DNA of 64,000 nt from Candidatus Deferrimicrobiaceae bacterium (GTDB lineage Bacteria > Desulfobacterota > Deferrimicrobia > Deferrimicrobiales > Deferrimicrobiaceae): positions 32,001-96,000 of the forward strand of contig CAWBVY010000008.1 in NCBI GenBank assembly GCA_963792415.1, in the 5' to 3' direction. The notes beneath the pieces were generated by a model that did no database searches, had not been told where the DNA came from, and was given only the letters and a program-made list of their open reading frames with translations. Within the stretch, counting starts at the first letter, position 1. Each line of letters starts with the position of its first letter. The position numbers and the translations under genes are program-made. Below are positions 43,324 through 52,318 of the stretch, in pieces.

Positions 43324-43353
43324 ACGATATGTCGTAACTTTGTCGAGATTTCG
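43324..43353. promoter_or_regulatory. Putative enhancer (UAS): two CGA-N4-TCG dyads
   Basis: ACGA-TATG-TCGT (43324-43335) and CGA-GATT-TCG (43344-43353), centres 19 bp apart. Confidence 0.55.
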
Positions 43354-43413
43354 CTAAAACCGAACTGCACCCCCCCCCCGCCTATCAGGAAAATAACAAA
43401 GAAAAACGAATTG

Positions 43414-43426
43414 AAACAAATGGTTG
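43414..43426 (+). promoter_or_regulatory. IHF-like binding site
   Basis: AAACAA-ATGG-TTG (one mismatch to WATCAANNNNTTR) preceded by A tracts, between UAS and -24/-12. Confidence 0.5.
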
Positions 43427-43453
43427 TAGAGATGCCCCCAGGCCATCGTCCGG

Positions 43454-43469
43454 TGGTACGAATAGTGCG
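43454..43469 (+). promoter_or_regulatory. Sigma-54 -24/-12 promoter
   Basis: TGGTACGAATAGTGCG: GG-N10-GC spacing, close to TGGCACG-N4-TTGC. Confidence 0.7.
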
Positions 43470-43527
43470 TTACCAGTCTCCATGATTTCCGGAGACAGGT
43501 AAGATTCTGACGACCTGCGCGATCGAC

Positions 43528-43851
43528 ATGCATTTCGCGTCCAAGGACGTGGAGCACGCGGTCCTGCTGCTCCTCTCCGTCAAGGAGAACATCCGGGCGA
43601 AGCACGGCTGCCGCGCCTGCAAGGTCGGGTTGGATGCCACCGATGCAAATATCGTCCATTACTTCGAGGAGTGGGAATCGGCGGAGCTCTTCCAGAAGCA
43701 CATCCCGTCGGAAGAGTTCCGGCGTGTCCTCATTGCGATGGACCTGTGCTGCGAGGAACCCCGGATCGTGACAGGGGACCTGTCCGGGCACACCGGGTTG
43801 GAATATCTGCGCAAACTGCGGGAAGAAAAGGACAGGATACTGATCGCCTGA
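43528..43851 (+). CDS. ABM (antibiotic biosynthesis monooxygenase)/putative quinol monooxygenase-like protein
   Basis: GCRAC...HYFEEWESAELFQKHIPSEEFR pattern; the true start may be slightly upstream (CTG/ATT). Confidence 0.7.
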   Translation: MHFASKDVEHAVLLLLSVKENIRAKHGCRACKVGLDATDANIVHYFEEWESAELFQKHIPSEEFRRVLIAMDLCCEEPRIVTGDLSGHTGLEYLRKLREEKDRILIA

Positions 43852-43890
43852 CCGGAACGGGAAAGGAATCCACACACGGAGGAGGACGTC

Positions 43891-44775
43891 ATGAAGGAAC
43901 GGGACGAGGAACCCAGAGTAGCCCCCGGGGAAGGGGAAGGAGACTGTTCCCGCCGGAGCATCCTGCTGGGGTCTGCCGCGCTCCTCGCGGGGGGGATCGC
44001 GGGGCGCGTCAGCACCGCCTACTCCGCGATGGAACCGGCATGCGCCCCGGCGCCGCCCCTGCCCTGGAAGTGGCCCAAGCTCGACCCCCTGGAGGCCGGA
44101 ACGCGGACCTACGAGGCGTACCTGAAGAACAAAGGCTGAGGGAACGGCACATGGCTGGGGGTCCTCAGCCTTCTGAAAGAGCAGGGCGGTTATCCCTGGA
44201 CGACCCTTGCCGGACTACATGTTCGAGCACGCAGGCCAGGGGTACGCCGGGCACGGCACCCTTTGCGGCGCTCTTGGCGTCTGTTCGTGTCTCATCAACC
44301 TCGTTATCTACGACAAGGAACACAGCTATGCGGCGGTGATCGACCGGCTCTTCTGGTGGTACGCGCAGATGCGATTTCCCGACGGAGCGGTTCGACGCGA
44401 TCTCCGCGTTTCCCAATCAGGTCAAGGCCCAGGCGATGACCCCGCTCTGCCACTCCTCGGTCTCGAAGTGGACATTGGCCGCCGGCGCCGAGGTCAATTC
44501 CAAGGAGAAGTACGAACGGTGCGCCAAGGTGGCGGGGGAGGTCGTCTACACCGTGGTGTATTACCTGAACGAATATTTCGCGGGAAGGTGGAAGCCCGCC
44601 GTATGGACGCCGTCGAAGGAGACCGCGCACTGCATCGAATGCCACGGCCCGGACGGTTTTTTGCAATTATAGAAACGGCATGAACCAGCAGCAGGGCCAC
44701 ATGGAGTGCCTCCTCTGTCACAAGGACCACATGAAGGCCTTGATGGACAGGAGGGCGAGGAAGGTGAGGAAGTGA
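43891..44775 (+). CDS. Tat-exported C-GCAxxG-C-C family / split-Soret cytochrome c-like diheme protein, putative selenoprotein (UGA 44137-44139); three 1-base insertions
   Basis: GGAGG RBS; SRRSILL Tat motif; PLPWKWPKLDP; NKG-U-GNGTW; GYAGHGTLCGALG; PLCHSSVSKW; ERCAKV; CIECH; CLLCH. Frame shifts near 44206, 44380 and 44660. Confidence 0.8.
44153..44170 (+). promoter_or_regulatory. Putative bacterial SECIS hairpin for UGA 44137
   Basis: GGCTGGG-GGTC-CTCAGCC, a 7-bp stem with GGUC loop starting 13 nt after the UGA. Confidence 0.65.
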
Positions 44776-44842
44776 CCAGGTCCTGCGCACCTGGTGATGG
44801 AATCGCGTTTCCGAATCGCACGATACGGAAGGAGATGAACAG

Positions 44843-47800
44843 ATGGAGATAACCCGACGGGACTTTCTGAAGGTATCGGGTGCGGCCGGGACGGTCCTCA
44901 TCGGCGGACTGGGATTCGACCTGTCCCCGGCGGAGGCCTATGCCCGGGAGTTGAGGATCAAAGGGGCGAAGGTGACGACGTCGATCTGCTGTTACTGTTC
45001 GGTCGGCTGCGGCATCCTCGTGCACACCAGCGAGGGGAAGGTGATCAACACCGAGGGGGACCCCGAGCACCCGGTCAGCGAGGGGGCGCTCTGCTCCAAA
45101 GGTGGGTCGATCTACCAGGTGGTCAACAATGAGAACCGCCTTCAGAAGCCGCGCTACCGCGCGCCCGGCGCCACCGCGTGGAAGGATGTGGAGTGGGATT
45201 GGGCCCTGGACCAGATCGCCCGCAGGATCAAGGATACGCGGGACAAGACCTTCCGGGCGACCGTAACGGCAGGGGAGAAGAAGTTCCAGGTGAACAGGAC
45301 CGACGGCATCGCCCACGTGGGAAGCGCGGCCCTGGACAATGAAGAGTGCTACCTCATCCAGAAACTCGTGCGGTCCTGGGGCCTGGTGTACGTCGAACAC
45401 CAGGCGAGGCTTTGACACTCCGCCACTGTAGCGGCTCTGGGAGAGTCGTTCGGTCGCGGTGCGATGACGAATCACTGGAACGATCTGAAAAATGCCGACG
45501 TCATCCTCGTCATGGGGGCGAACCCGGCGTCGAACCACCCCATTTCGATGAAGTGGATGACGAGGGCGAGGGAACGCGGCGCGAAGCTCGTCTGCGTCGA
45601 TCCTCGCTTCACGCAGACCGCGGCGGTGGCCGACCTGTATGCGCCCCTGCGCTCCGGAACCGACATCGCGTTCCTCGGGGGGATGATCCACTACATTCTG
45701 GAACGGAACCTCTTCTTCAGGGAATACGTCGTCAACTACACCGACGCCCCGTTCCTCGTCCATGCGGACTTCAAGATGCCGGGCGAGCTCGACGGCGTCT
45801 TTTCGGGCTACAACGAAAAGGAAACGAAATACGACAGGAAGACGTGGGCGTTCCAGCTGGACGAGAAGGGCGTTCCCAAAAAGGATCCGACCCTGAAGGA
45901 TCCGAATTGCGTCTTCCAGCTGTTGAAGAAGCACTACTCCCGCTACACGGTGGAGAAGGTATCGCAGGTCACCGGGACCCCGAAGGAGAAACTCGAAGAG
46001 GTCTATGAAACCATCGGTTCGACGGGGAAGCCGGACCGGGCGGCGACGGGCTGCTACGCCATGGGGTGGACGCAGCATACGGTCGGCGTGCAGAACATAC
46101 GTGCCTTCACCATCGTGCAGCTCCTCCTCGGCAACATGGGGATGGCGGGGGGCGGAGTGAACGCGATGCGGGGGGAAGGGAACGTCCAGGGATCCACGGA
46201 CCACGCGATCCTCTTCCATATCCTGCCCGGATACCTCCCCACGCCGTCGGCCTCCCTCGTAAGCCTGAAGGACTATACCGGCAAGTACACGCCCACGACG
46301 AAGGAGCCGAAGAGCGTCAACTGGTGGGGGAACCGGGGGAAGTACATCACCAGCTACCTCAAGGCCCTCTACGGCGACCACGCGACGAAGGAGAACGACT
46401 TCGCCTACTCCTGGCTTCCGAAGCTCGACGAGGGGATGCAGGCGTCGTGGCTCCCGATGTTCGTCCAGATGTATCGGGGCGCGTTCGAAGGGTTCTTCGC
46501 CTGGGGGATGAACCCCGCCTGTTCGAGCCCGGGTGCGGGGAAGGCGAGAGAGGCTCTCGGAAAGCTGAAGTGGATGGTCAACGTCAACCTCTACGACAAC
46601 GAGACGGCCTCCTTCTGGAGAGGTCCGGGCATGAAGCCCGAAGAAGATCAGGACGGAGGTCTTCCTGTTGCCGTGCTGTTCCTCCGTCGAGAAGGAAGGG
46701 AGCATCTCGAACTCCGGCCGTCTCGCGCAGTGGAGATACAAGGCGATCGAGCCGCTCGGGCAGTCGATGCCCGACGCGGAGATCATGAACGAGCTCTACT
46801 TCCGGGTGAAGAAGCTCTACCAGAAGGGGAAAGGGGCCTTCCCCGATCCGATCGTGAATCTCACGTGGGAGTACGGGGAGAAGGACCCGCAGGGGAAGGT
46901 GAAGCACCTCGACATTCACAAGGTCGCGATGGAGATCAACGGGTATTACCACGAAGACGTGTACGACCAGAAGGCGACCCCCCCGAAGCTCATCGGCAGG
47001 AAAGGGAACCTGGTGCCGAACTTCGTGAGCCTGCGGGACGACGGATCCACGTCGAGCGGGAACTGGCTCTACAGCGGGAGCTACACCATGAAAGACGGAA
47101 AGGCCGTCAACATGATGGCCCGCAGGGGGAAGGAAGACCCGACCGGCCTCGGGCTCTATCCGAACTGGGCGTGGGCATGGCCGGTGAACCGGAGGGTCCT
47201 CTACAACCGCGCCTCCGTCGACTTGAACGGGAATCCGTGGGACCCGAACCGCCCGGTACTCAAATGGAACCCGGCGGACCCCGCTGCCGGGAAACCGGGC
47301 GGGTGGGCAGGAGACGTCCCCGACGGCCCGGCACCTCCCTCTGGGGAACGAGGGAGGGAAACTCCCCTTCATCATGAAGCCGCTCGGCGTCGGCACGATC
47401 TTCGGGAACCTTGGAGACGGTCCGTTTCCCGAGCATTACGAGCCGTTGGAGAGCCCGGTCCCGGCGAACCCCATGTCGAAAAAGCACCGGGTGAACCCGA
47501 CGCTTCCTCTTGCGAAACTGCAGGCGATGGCGAAGGACCCGACCTTCCTCTTCTCCTTCGATTTCAAGCGGTACCCCATCGTGGCGACGACATACCGCAT
47601 GAGCGAACATTGGCAGACGGGCGTCATGACCCGACACCTCCCCTGGCAGCTGGAGATGCAGCCCCAGATGTTCGTCGAGATGGACAAGGATCTGGCGGCG
47701 GAGAAGGGGATCAAAAACGGCGACACGGTGGTTGTGGCCTCCGCCAGGGGGAAGCTCTCCTGCCCCGCGATCGTGACGGATCGATTCAGGCCGTTCAGGA

Positions 47801-48024
47801 TCATGGACACCACGGTCCACCTGGTGGGGATGCCGTGGCACTTCGGGTGGCAGTTTCCCGCGGACGGCAGCGGAGGGGACAGCGCCAACCTCCTGACGCC
47901 GTTTCTCGGCGATCCGAACACCTGGATACCGGAATCGAAGGCCTTCATGGTCAACATCAGCAGACTCGCTGACCAGTCGGTTGAACCGGCGGCCGCGAAG
48001 ACCAAGAAGAGCAAGGGGAGGTAG
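44843..48024 (+). CDS. fdnG: Selenocysteine-containing formate dehydrogenase alpha subunit (FdnG/FdhA); two 1-base insertions
   Basis: TRRDFLK Tat signal, CCYCSVGC...ALCSKG, VEHQARL-U-HSATVAALGESFGRGAMTNHW (UGA 45413-45415), GWTQH, RGEGNVQG, PFPEHYEP; shifts near 46642 and 47340. Confidence 0.93.
45432..45448 (+). promoter_or_regulatory. Putative SECIS hairpin of fdnG
   Basis: CGGCTCT-GGG-AGAGTCG, starting 16 nt after the in-frame UGA. Confidence 0.7.
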
Positions 48025-48029
48025 CCGAC

Positions 48030-48758
48030 ATGGCGGGGAAATCCTTTTTCATAGACACGAGCCGGTGCACGGGGTGCCGGGGGTGCCAGGTTGCCTGCAA
48101 ACAGTGGAACCAGAACCCGGCAACGAAAACGTCCCAGCGGGGAACGTACCAGAACCCGCCGGACCTTTCGACCGCCACCTTCAAGTTGGTCAGATTCAGC
48201 GAAACGCCCGGCACGGGAGGGGACCCGAACTGGTTCTTCTTCCCCGACCAGTGCAGGCACTGCCTCTATCCCCTCTGTAAAATGGCGGCGGATCGAAAGG
48301 CGAAGGGGGCGATCGCCATCGATTCGAGAACCCGGGCCGTCACCTTCAATCCCGCGGTAAAGATATCTCCGGAAGATTTCAAGGAGGTCCGCGAGATCTG
48401 CCCGTTCGACATCCCCCGGTACGACGAGAAGTCCGGCGGCATGGCCAAATGCACGATGTGCTTCGACCGGATCACCGAGGGGATGCTTCCGTCCTGCGTC
48501 AAGGCGTGTCCCACGGGGACGATGAGTTTCGGCGATCGGGATGCCATCCTCAAGATGGCCGAAAACCGGCTTGATGAAGTGAGGAGAATCCACAGAAGAG
48601 CTTCGTTGATCGTTCCCGAGTCCGTCCGGGTGATCTTCCTCGTGAAGGATGATCCCGAGAAGTATTACGAGTTCGCCGCCGAGAGAACCGGGAGCGGGAA
48701 CATAAGGATGACGGCGATGGAGCGCCTCCGTCACCTTTCCTCCCTATACGGGGCATGA
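48030..48758 (+). CDS. fdnH: Formate dehydrogenase beta (Fe-S) subunit, no TM anchor
   Basis: CTGCRGCQVACKQWN, QCRHCLYPLC, CPFDIPR, KCTMCFDR, CVKACPTG. Confidence 0.92.
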   Translation: MAGKSFFIDTSRCTGCRGCQVACKQWNQNPATKTSQRGTYQNPPDLSTATFKLVRFSETPGTGGDPNWFFFPDQCRHCLYPLCKMAADRKAKGAIAIDSRTRAVTFNPAVKISPEDFKEVREICPFDIPRYDEKSGGMAKCTMCFDRITEGMLPSCVKACPTGTMSFGDRDAILKMAENRLDEVRRIHRRASLIVPESVRVIFLVKDDPEKYYEFAAERTGSGNIRMTAMERLRHLSSLYGA

Positions 48759-48801
48759 TCGGGGAGGCGATCCCGAAATTTCATGACGATGGAGAGGGAA
48801 T

Positions 48802-49623
48802 TTGGGGAAAACAGGAGAGAGGGTTCGGCAACTCAAAGGAAAACGACCAGGCTACGCGGAGATTCTGGACTTTTACGCAAAGGTCAGGGAGTTGCAGGAC
48901 CGATCGAAGTCCTCTTTGAAAACGGATCCGATAAAGCTCGAAAAGGAACGGAAGGAGCTCCTGGCCAGGGAAGGTTTTCCGTTGATCCGGAAAGAGGATT
49001 TTCCGTTGGACATCGAGGCGTCGATCCGGCTTTTCCGGTCCCTCTGCCGGATCGGGAAAGCGGCGAACTCTCACATGGCCGGGCAGGTGGAAAAGATCCG
49101 GGATCTTCTCGCCAAGAAAAAGATCGATCTGAAGAAATTATTCGATGGGGGAGTGAAGGAAGAAACGATCGAACAGGTTGCCGCCGAATCGGGATTGGAT
49201 CAATCGATCCTTTCGTTTCTCCTTCAGAGCAGCATCCGGCCTTCGATCGAGGCGGGAGTGGAGCAGCTTCGCGGGGAAGTCGATCCGGAAACCTGGCGAA
49301 AAGGTCACTGTCCCGCCTGTGGCTCCCCTCCCTCCCTGAGTCTGCTGAAAGGGGTGGAGGGGAAACGGTACCTTCTCTGCTCCTGCTGCGGTTCTCAATG
49401 GAGAGCGGACCGGCTCCGCTGCCCCGCCTGCGACAACAAGGAGCAGGAATCCCTGGGATATTTCTGCGCCGAGGGAGAGGAGGCCTTCCGCATCGATCTC
49501 TGCGATCGATGCCACCGGTATATCAAGACGATCGATTACAGAAACCTGGAAGAGTCCGATCCGTGCCTGGAGGATCTCGCCACCCTCCACCTCGATCTCC
49601 TGGCCTCCGAAGAAGGGGTATAA
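48802..49623 (+). CDS. fdhE: Formate dehydrogenase accessory protein FdhE
   Basis: CPACGS, RYLLCSCCGSQW, CPAC, IDLCDRCHRYIK, LATLHLD. True ends may be 48783 and 49687 if single-base insertions are removed. Confidence 0.9.
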   Translation: MGKTGERVRQLKGKRPGYAEILDFYAKVRELQDRSKSSLKTDPIKLEKERKELLAREGFPLIRKEDFPLDIEASIRLFRSLCRIGKAANSHMAGQVEKIRDLLAKKKIDLKKLFDGGVKEETIEQVAAESGLDQSILSFLLQSSIRPSIEAGVEQLRGEVDPETWRKGHCPACGSPPSLSLLKGVEGKRYLLCSCCGSQWRADRLRCPACDNKEQESLGYFCAEGEEAFRIDLCDRCHRYIKTIDYRNLEESDPCLEDLATLHLDLLASEEGV

Positions 49624-49733
49624 AAGACCCGATGGGGTGGGTCGGGATCTGAAATCCGCACTGCTGGGAATTCCCAGGCGGGAGTAGATCCGGTGGTGCA
49701 CTTCATCTCAAGCAACGGAAAAGGAGACGGATC

Positions 49734-51461
49734 ATGAAGGTCATCATCGTTGGGGGAGTGGCCGGCGGCGCGTCGTGCGCGGCGCGTTTGCGCAGGGTGG
49801 ACGAAAAGGCCGAGATCCTCATGGTCGAGCGCGGGCCGTACGTCTCGTATGCGAACTGCGGGCTGCCGTACCACGTCGGGGGCGCGATCGAAAAGGAGTC
49901 GAGCCTCCTGGTGGCGACGGAACAGACGTTCCGCGGGGTGTTCGGGATCGATTGCCGGACGCGCTGCGAGGTCGTCGGCATCTCGTCGAAGAAGAAGACC
50001 GTGGACCTCAAGAACCACGGTACCGGGGAGGTGACCACCGAGAAGTACGACAAACTCGTGCTGTCGCCCGGGGCGGCGCCGATCCGCCCGCCGCTGCCCG
50101 GCATCGATCTTCCGGGGATCTTCTCCGTGAGAACCGTGCCGGACGCCCGGAGCATACGCGAGTGGCTCGACCGCGGGACGGAGGTTCGATCCGGCATGGG
50201 TTCGTACACGGGATTCCAGACGGCGACGAAGACGAAGCGCGCGGTGGTGGTCGGCGGCGGGTTCATCGGCCTCGAGATGGTGGAGAACCTGGTCCACCGC
50301 GGGGGCGAGCGGCACGATCTTCCGCCCCAGGAGGCTCCCCGGGTCGAAGTGACGCTGATCGAGAAGCTCGATCAGGTCATGCCCCCGCTCGATCCGGAGA
50401 TGGCGCACGTCGTCGAGCGATACATGACAAAGCACGGCGTCCGGCTCGAGCTCAACGACGGCGTGGCCGGATTCCGGCAGACCGGAGACGGTTCGCTGGA
50501 AGTCCTGACCGGTTCCGGAAAGGTGCACCCGGCGGATATCGTGATCCTCGCGATCGGGGTCCGCCCGGAGACCGAGCTGGCGAAGATGGCCGGGATCGAG
50601 ATCGGCCAGCGCGGCGGGATCCGCGTCGACGAGCAGATGCGCACGAGCGACCCGGACATCTTCGCCGTCGGCGACGCGGTCGAGGTCAAGGATTTCGTCA
50701 CCGGCGAATGGACGCTCATTCCCCTCGCCGGGCCGGCCAACCGGCAGGGCCGGATCGTGGCCGACGTGATCGCCGGGCGCGACTCCCGCTACCGCGGCAC
50801 GCAGGGGACCTCGATCTGCAAGATCTTCGAGGGGGTGATCGCCCAGACCGGCGCCAGCGAGAAGACCCTTGTCCGGCTCGGGGACAAGGATTTCGAGAAG
50901 ATCTACCTTTACCCGAATTCGCACGCGGGGTACTACCCGGGCGCGAAGATGCTCGCGATCAAGGTCCTCTTCCGGAAATCGGACGGGCGTCTCCTCGGGG
51001 CGCAGGTGCTGGGCGAGGAAGGTGTTCCAAAGCGGATCGACTCCTTCGCCATGGCGATCCAGATGGGCTGCACGGTTTACGACCTGGAGGAGGCGGAGCT
51101 TTGCTACGCTCCCCCGTTCGGCAGCGCGAAGGACCCCGTCAACTTCGCGGGGATGATCGCGGCGAATCTCCTGCGCGGCGACATGCCGCTCTGCCACTGG
51201 GACTCCGTGGACGGTGCGTTCCTCCTCGACGTGCGCAATCCCCAGGAACTCGCCGTGGAGTCCGTTCCGGGCGCGCACAACATCCCGCTGCCGCAGCTCC
51301 GCGCACGCCTGGGCGAACTTCCCCGCGACCGCGAGATCCTCACCATCTGCCGCTCCGCCACGCGCGCCTACTATGCCACGCGCATCCTTCTGCAGAACGG
51401 GTTCAAGGCCCGGAACATCTCCGGCGGCATGCTGTCGCGTTCGATGCTCGCGGCAAAGTGA
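49734..51461 (+). CDS. CoA-disulfide / persulfide reductase with C-terminal rhodanese domain (Cdr/Npsr-like)
   Basis: GGVAGG, SYANCGLPY, GGGFIGLE, FAVGD, HAGYYPG, YAPPF, rhodanese LLDVR...CRSATRA. Confidence 0.9.
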   Translation: MKVIIVGGVAGGASCAARLRRVDEKAEILMVERGPYVSYANCGLPYHVGGAIEKESSLLVATEQTFRGVFGIDCRTRCEVVGISSKKKTVDLKNHGTGEVTTEKYDKLVLSPGAAPIRPPLPGIDLPGIFSVRTVPDARSIREWLDRGTEVRSGMGSYTGFQTATKTKRAVVVGGGFIGLEMVENLVHRGGERHDLPPQEAPRVEVTLIEKLDQVMPPLDPEMAHVVERYMTKHGVRLELNDGVAGFRQTGDGSLEVLTGSGKVHPADIVILAIGVRPETELAKMAGIEIGQRGGIRVDEQMRTSDPDIFAVGDAVEVKDFVTGEWTLIPLAGPANRQGRIVADVIAGRDSRYRGTQGTSICKIFEGVIAQTGASEKTLVRLGDKDFEKIYLYPNSHAGYYPGAKMLAIKVLFRKSDGRLLGAQVLGEEGVPKRIDSFAMAIQMGCTVYDLEEAELCYAPPFGSAKDPVNFAGMIAANLLRGDMPLCHWDSVDGAFLLDVRNPQELAVESVPGAHNIPLPQLRARLGELPRDREILTICRSATRAYYATRILLQNGFKARNISGGMLSRSMLAAK

Positions 51462-51492
51462 AACAGCGGAAGGCGATGGAGGGCGATAGATC

Positions 51493-52047
51493 ATGAGCAG
51501 CACAGGAAAGAAAAAAGGGGACCTGAAGAAGAAGATCGTCCACGAACTGGTCGAGTACTGGATCAATGTCATTTATCTCGCCCTCGTGTTCGCCGCCTTC
51601 ACGCAGTACCGGAGGCTCCTTCTGGCCGCACACGACATCACGTACACGAATTACGGATTTGCCGTGATCGAAGCGTTGATTCTCGCGAAAGTCATCATGA
51701 TCGGAGACGTGTTCCGCCTCGGCCGCGGCCTGGAACGGAAGCCCTTGATCTATCCCACCCTGTACAAGACGGTCGTTTTCACTCTCTTTGTCGCCGTCTT
51801 TACCCTCGTCGAGCATGGGATCAAGGGTCTTTGGAAGGGGGAGGGATTCACGGGTGGCATCGTTGACTTCTTCGGGAAAGGATCCGATGAAATCCTCGCC
51901 AATTCCCTGGTCGTTTTTGTCGCATTCATCCCCTTCTTCGCCATCAAGGAGTTGGGGCGGGTGTTAGGGCAGGACAGGATAAGAGCTCTCTTTTTCCGGA
52001 GAAGGGACGAGCAAGGAGCCGGAAGTTTCGACCCGCGGAAGATATGA
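51493..52047 (+). CDS. Hypothetical integral membrane protein (about 4 TM helices)
   Basis: Hydrophobic helices, ALILAKVI, FIPFFA; GGAGG RBS. Confidence 0.75.
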   Translation: MSSTGKKKGDLKKKIVHELVEYWINVIYLALVFAAFTQYRRLLLAAHDITYTNYGFAVIEALILAKVIMIGDVFRLGRGLERKPLIYPTLYKTVVFTLFVAVFTLVEHGIKGLWKGEGFTGGIVDFFGKGSDEILANSLVVFVAFIPFFAIKELGRVLGQDRIRALFFRRRDEQGAGSFDPRKI

Positions 52048-52127
52048 CGACGATGGAGCGAAGAAGGCGTCGATCGGAATAATCTGCTCCCTGATTGGAG
52101 GCGAACCTCCAGCGCAATGCTGGAAAC

Positions 52128-52162
52128 AAAGGGGATTCCGGTAAGATCCGGAGTCCCCTTTT
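52128..52162 (+). terminator. Rho-independent terminator
   Basis: AAAGGGGATTCCGG-TAAGAT-CCGGAGTCCCCTTTT. Confidence 0.65.
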
Positions 52163-52268
52163 CCGTTGGAAAACGGCCCGTGGGGAAGTTTCGGGGGAAT
52201 TCGTACTGGACCCCGTGTGAATCATCCATCGAAAGAGTAAAATTGAAAATAATGGATATGGATACCGG

Positions 52269-52284
52269 TGGACCGATCTCTGCA
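52269..52284 (+). promoter_or_regulatory. Possible sigma-54 -24/-12 promoter of the glycosidase operon
   Basis: TGGACCGATCTCTGCA (GG-N10-GC) after an AT-rich tract, 35 bp before ATG 52319. Confidence 0.5.
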
Positions 52285-52318
52285 GCCAACCCGATGTTGA
52301 GGCAAACGGAGGCGCCCC

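Noticed and set aside
44843-45415. fdnG as a split gene or pseudogene at TGA 45413
   Set aside because: The TGA is at the Mo/W-ligand position (ARL-U-H) and is followed by a SECIS-like hairpin, so it is read as Sec
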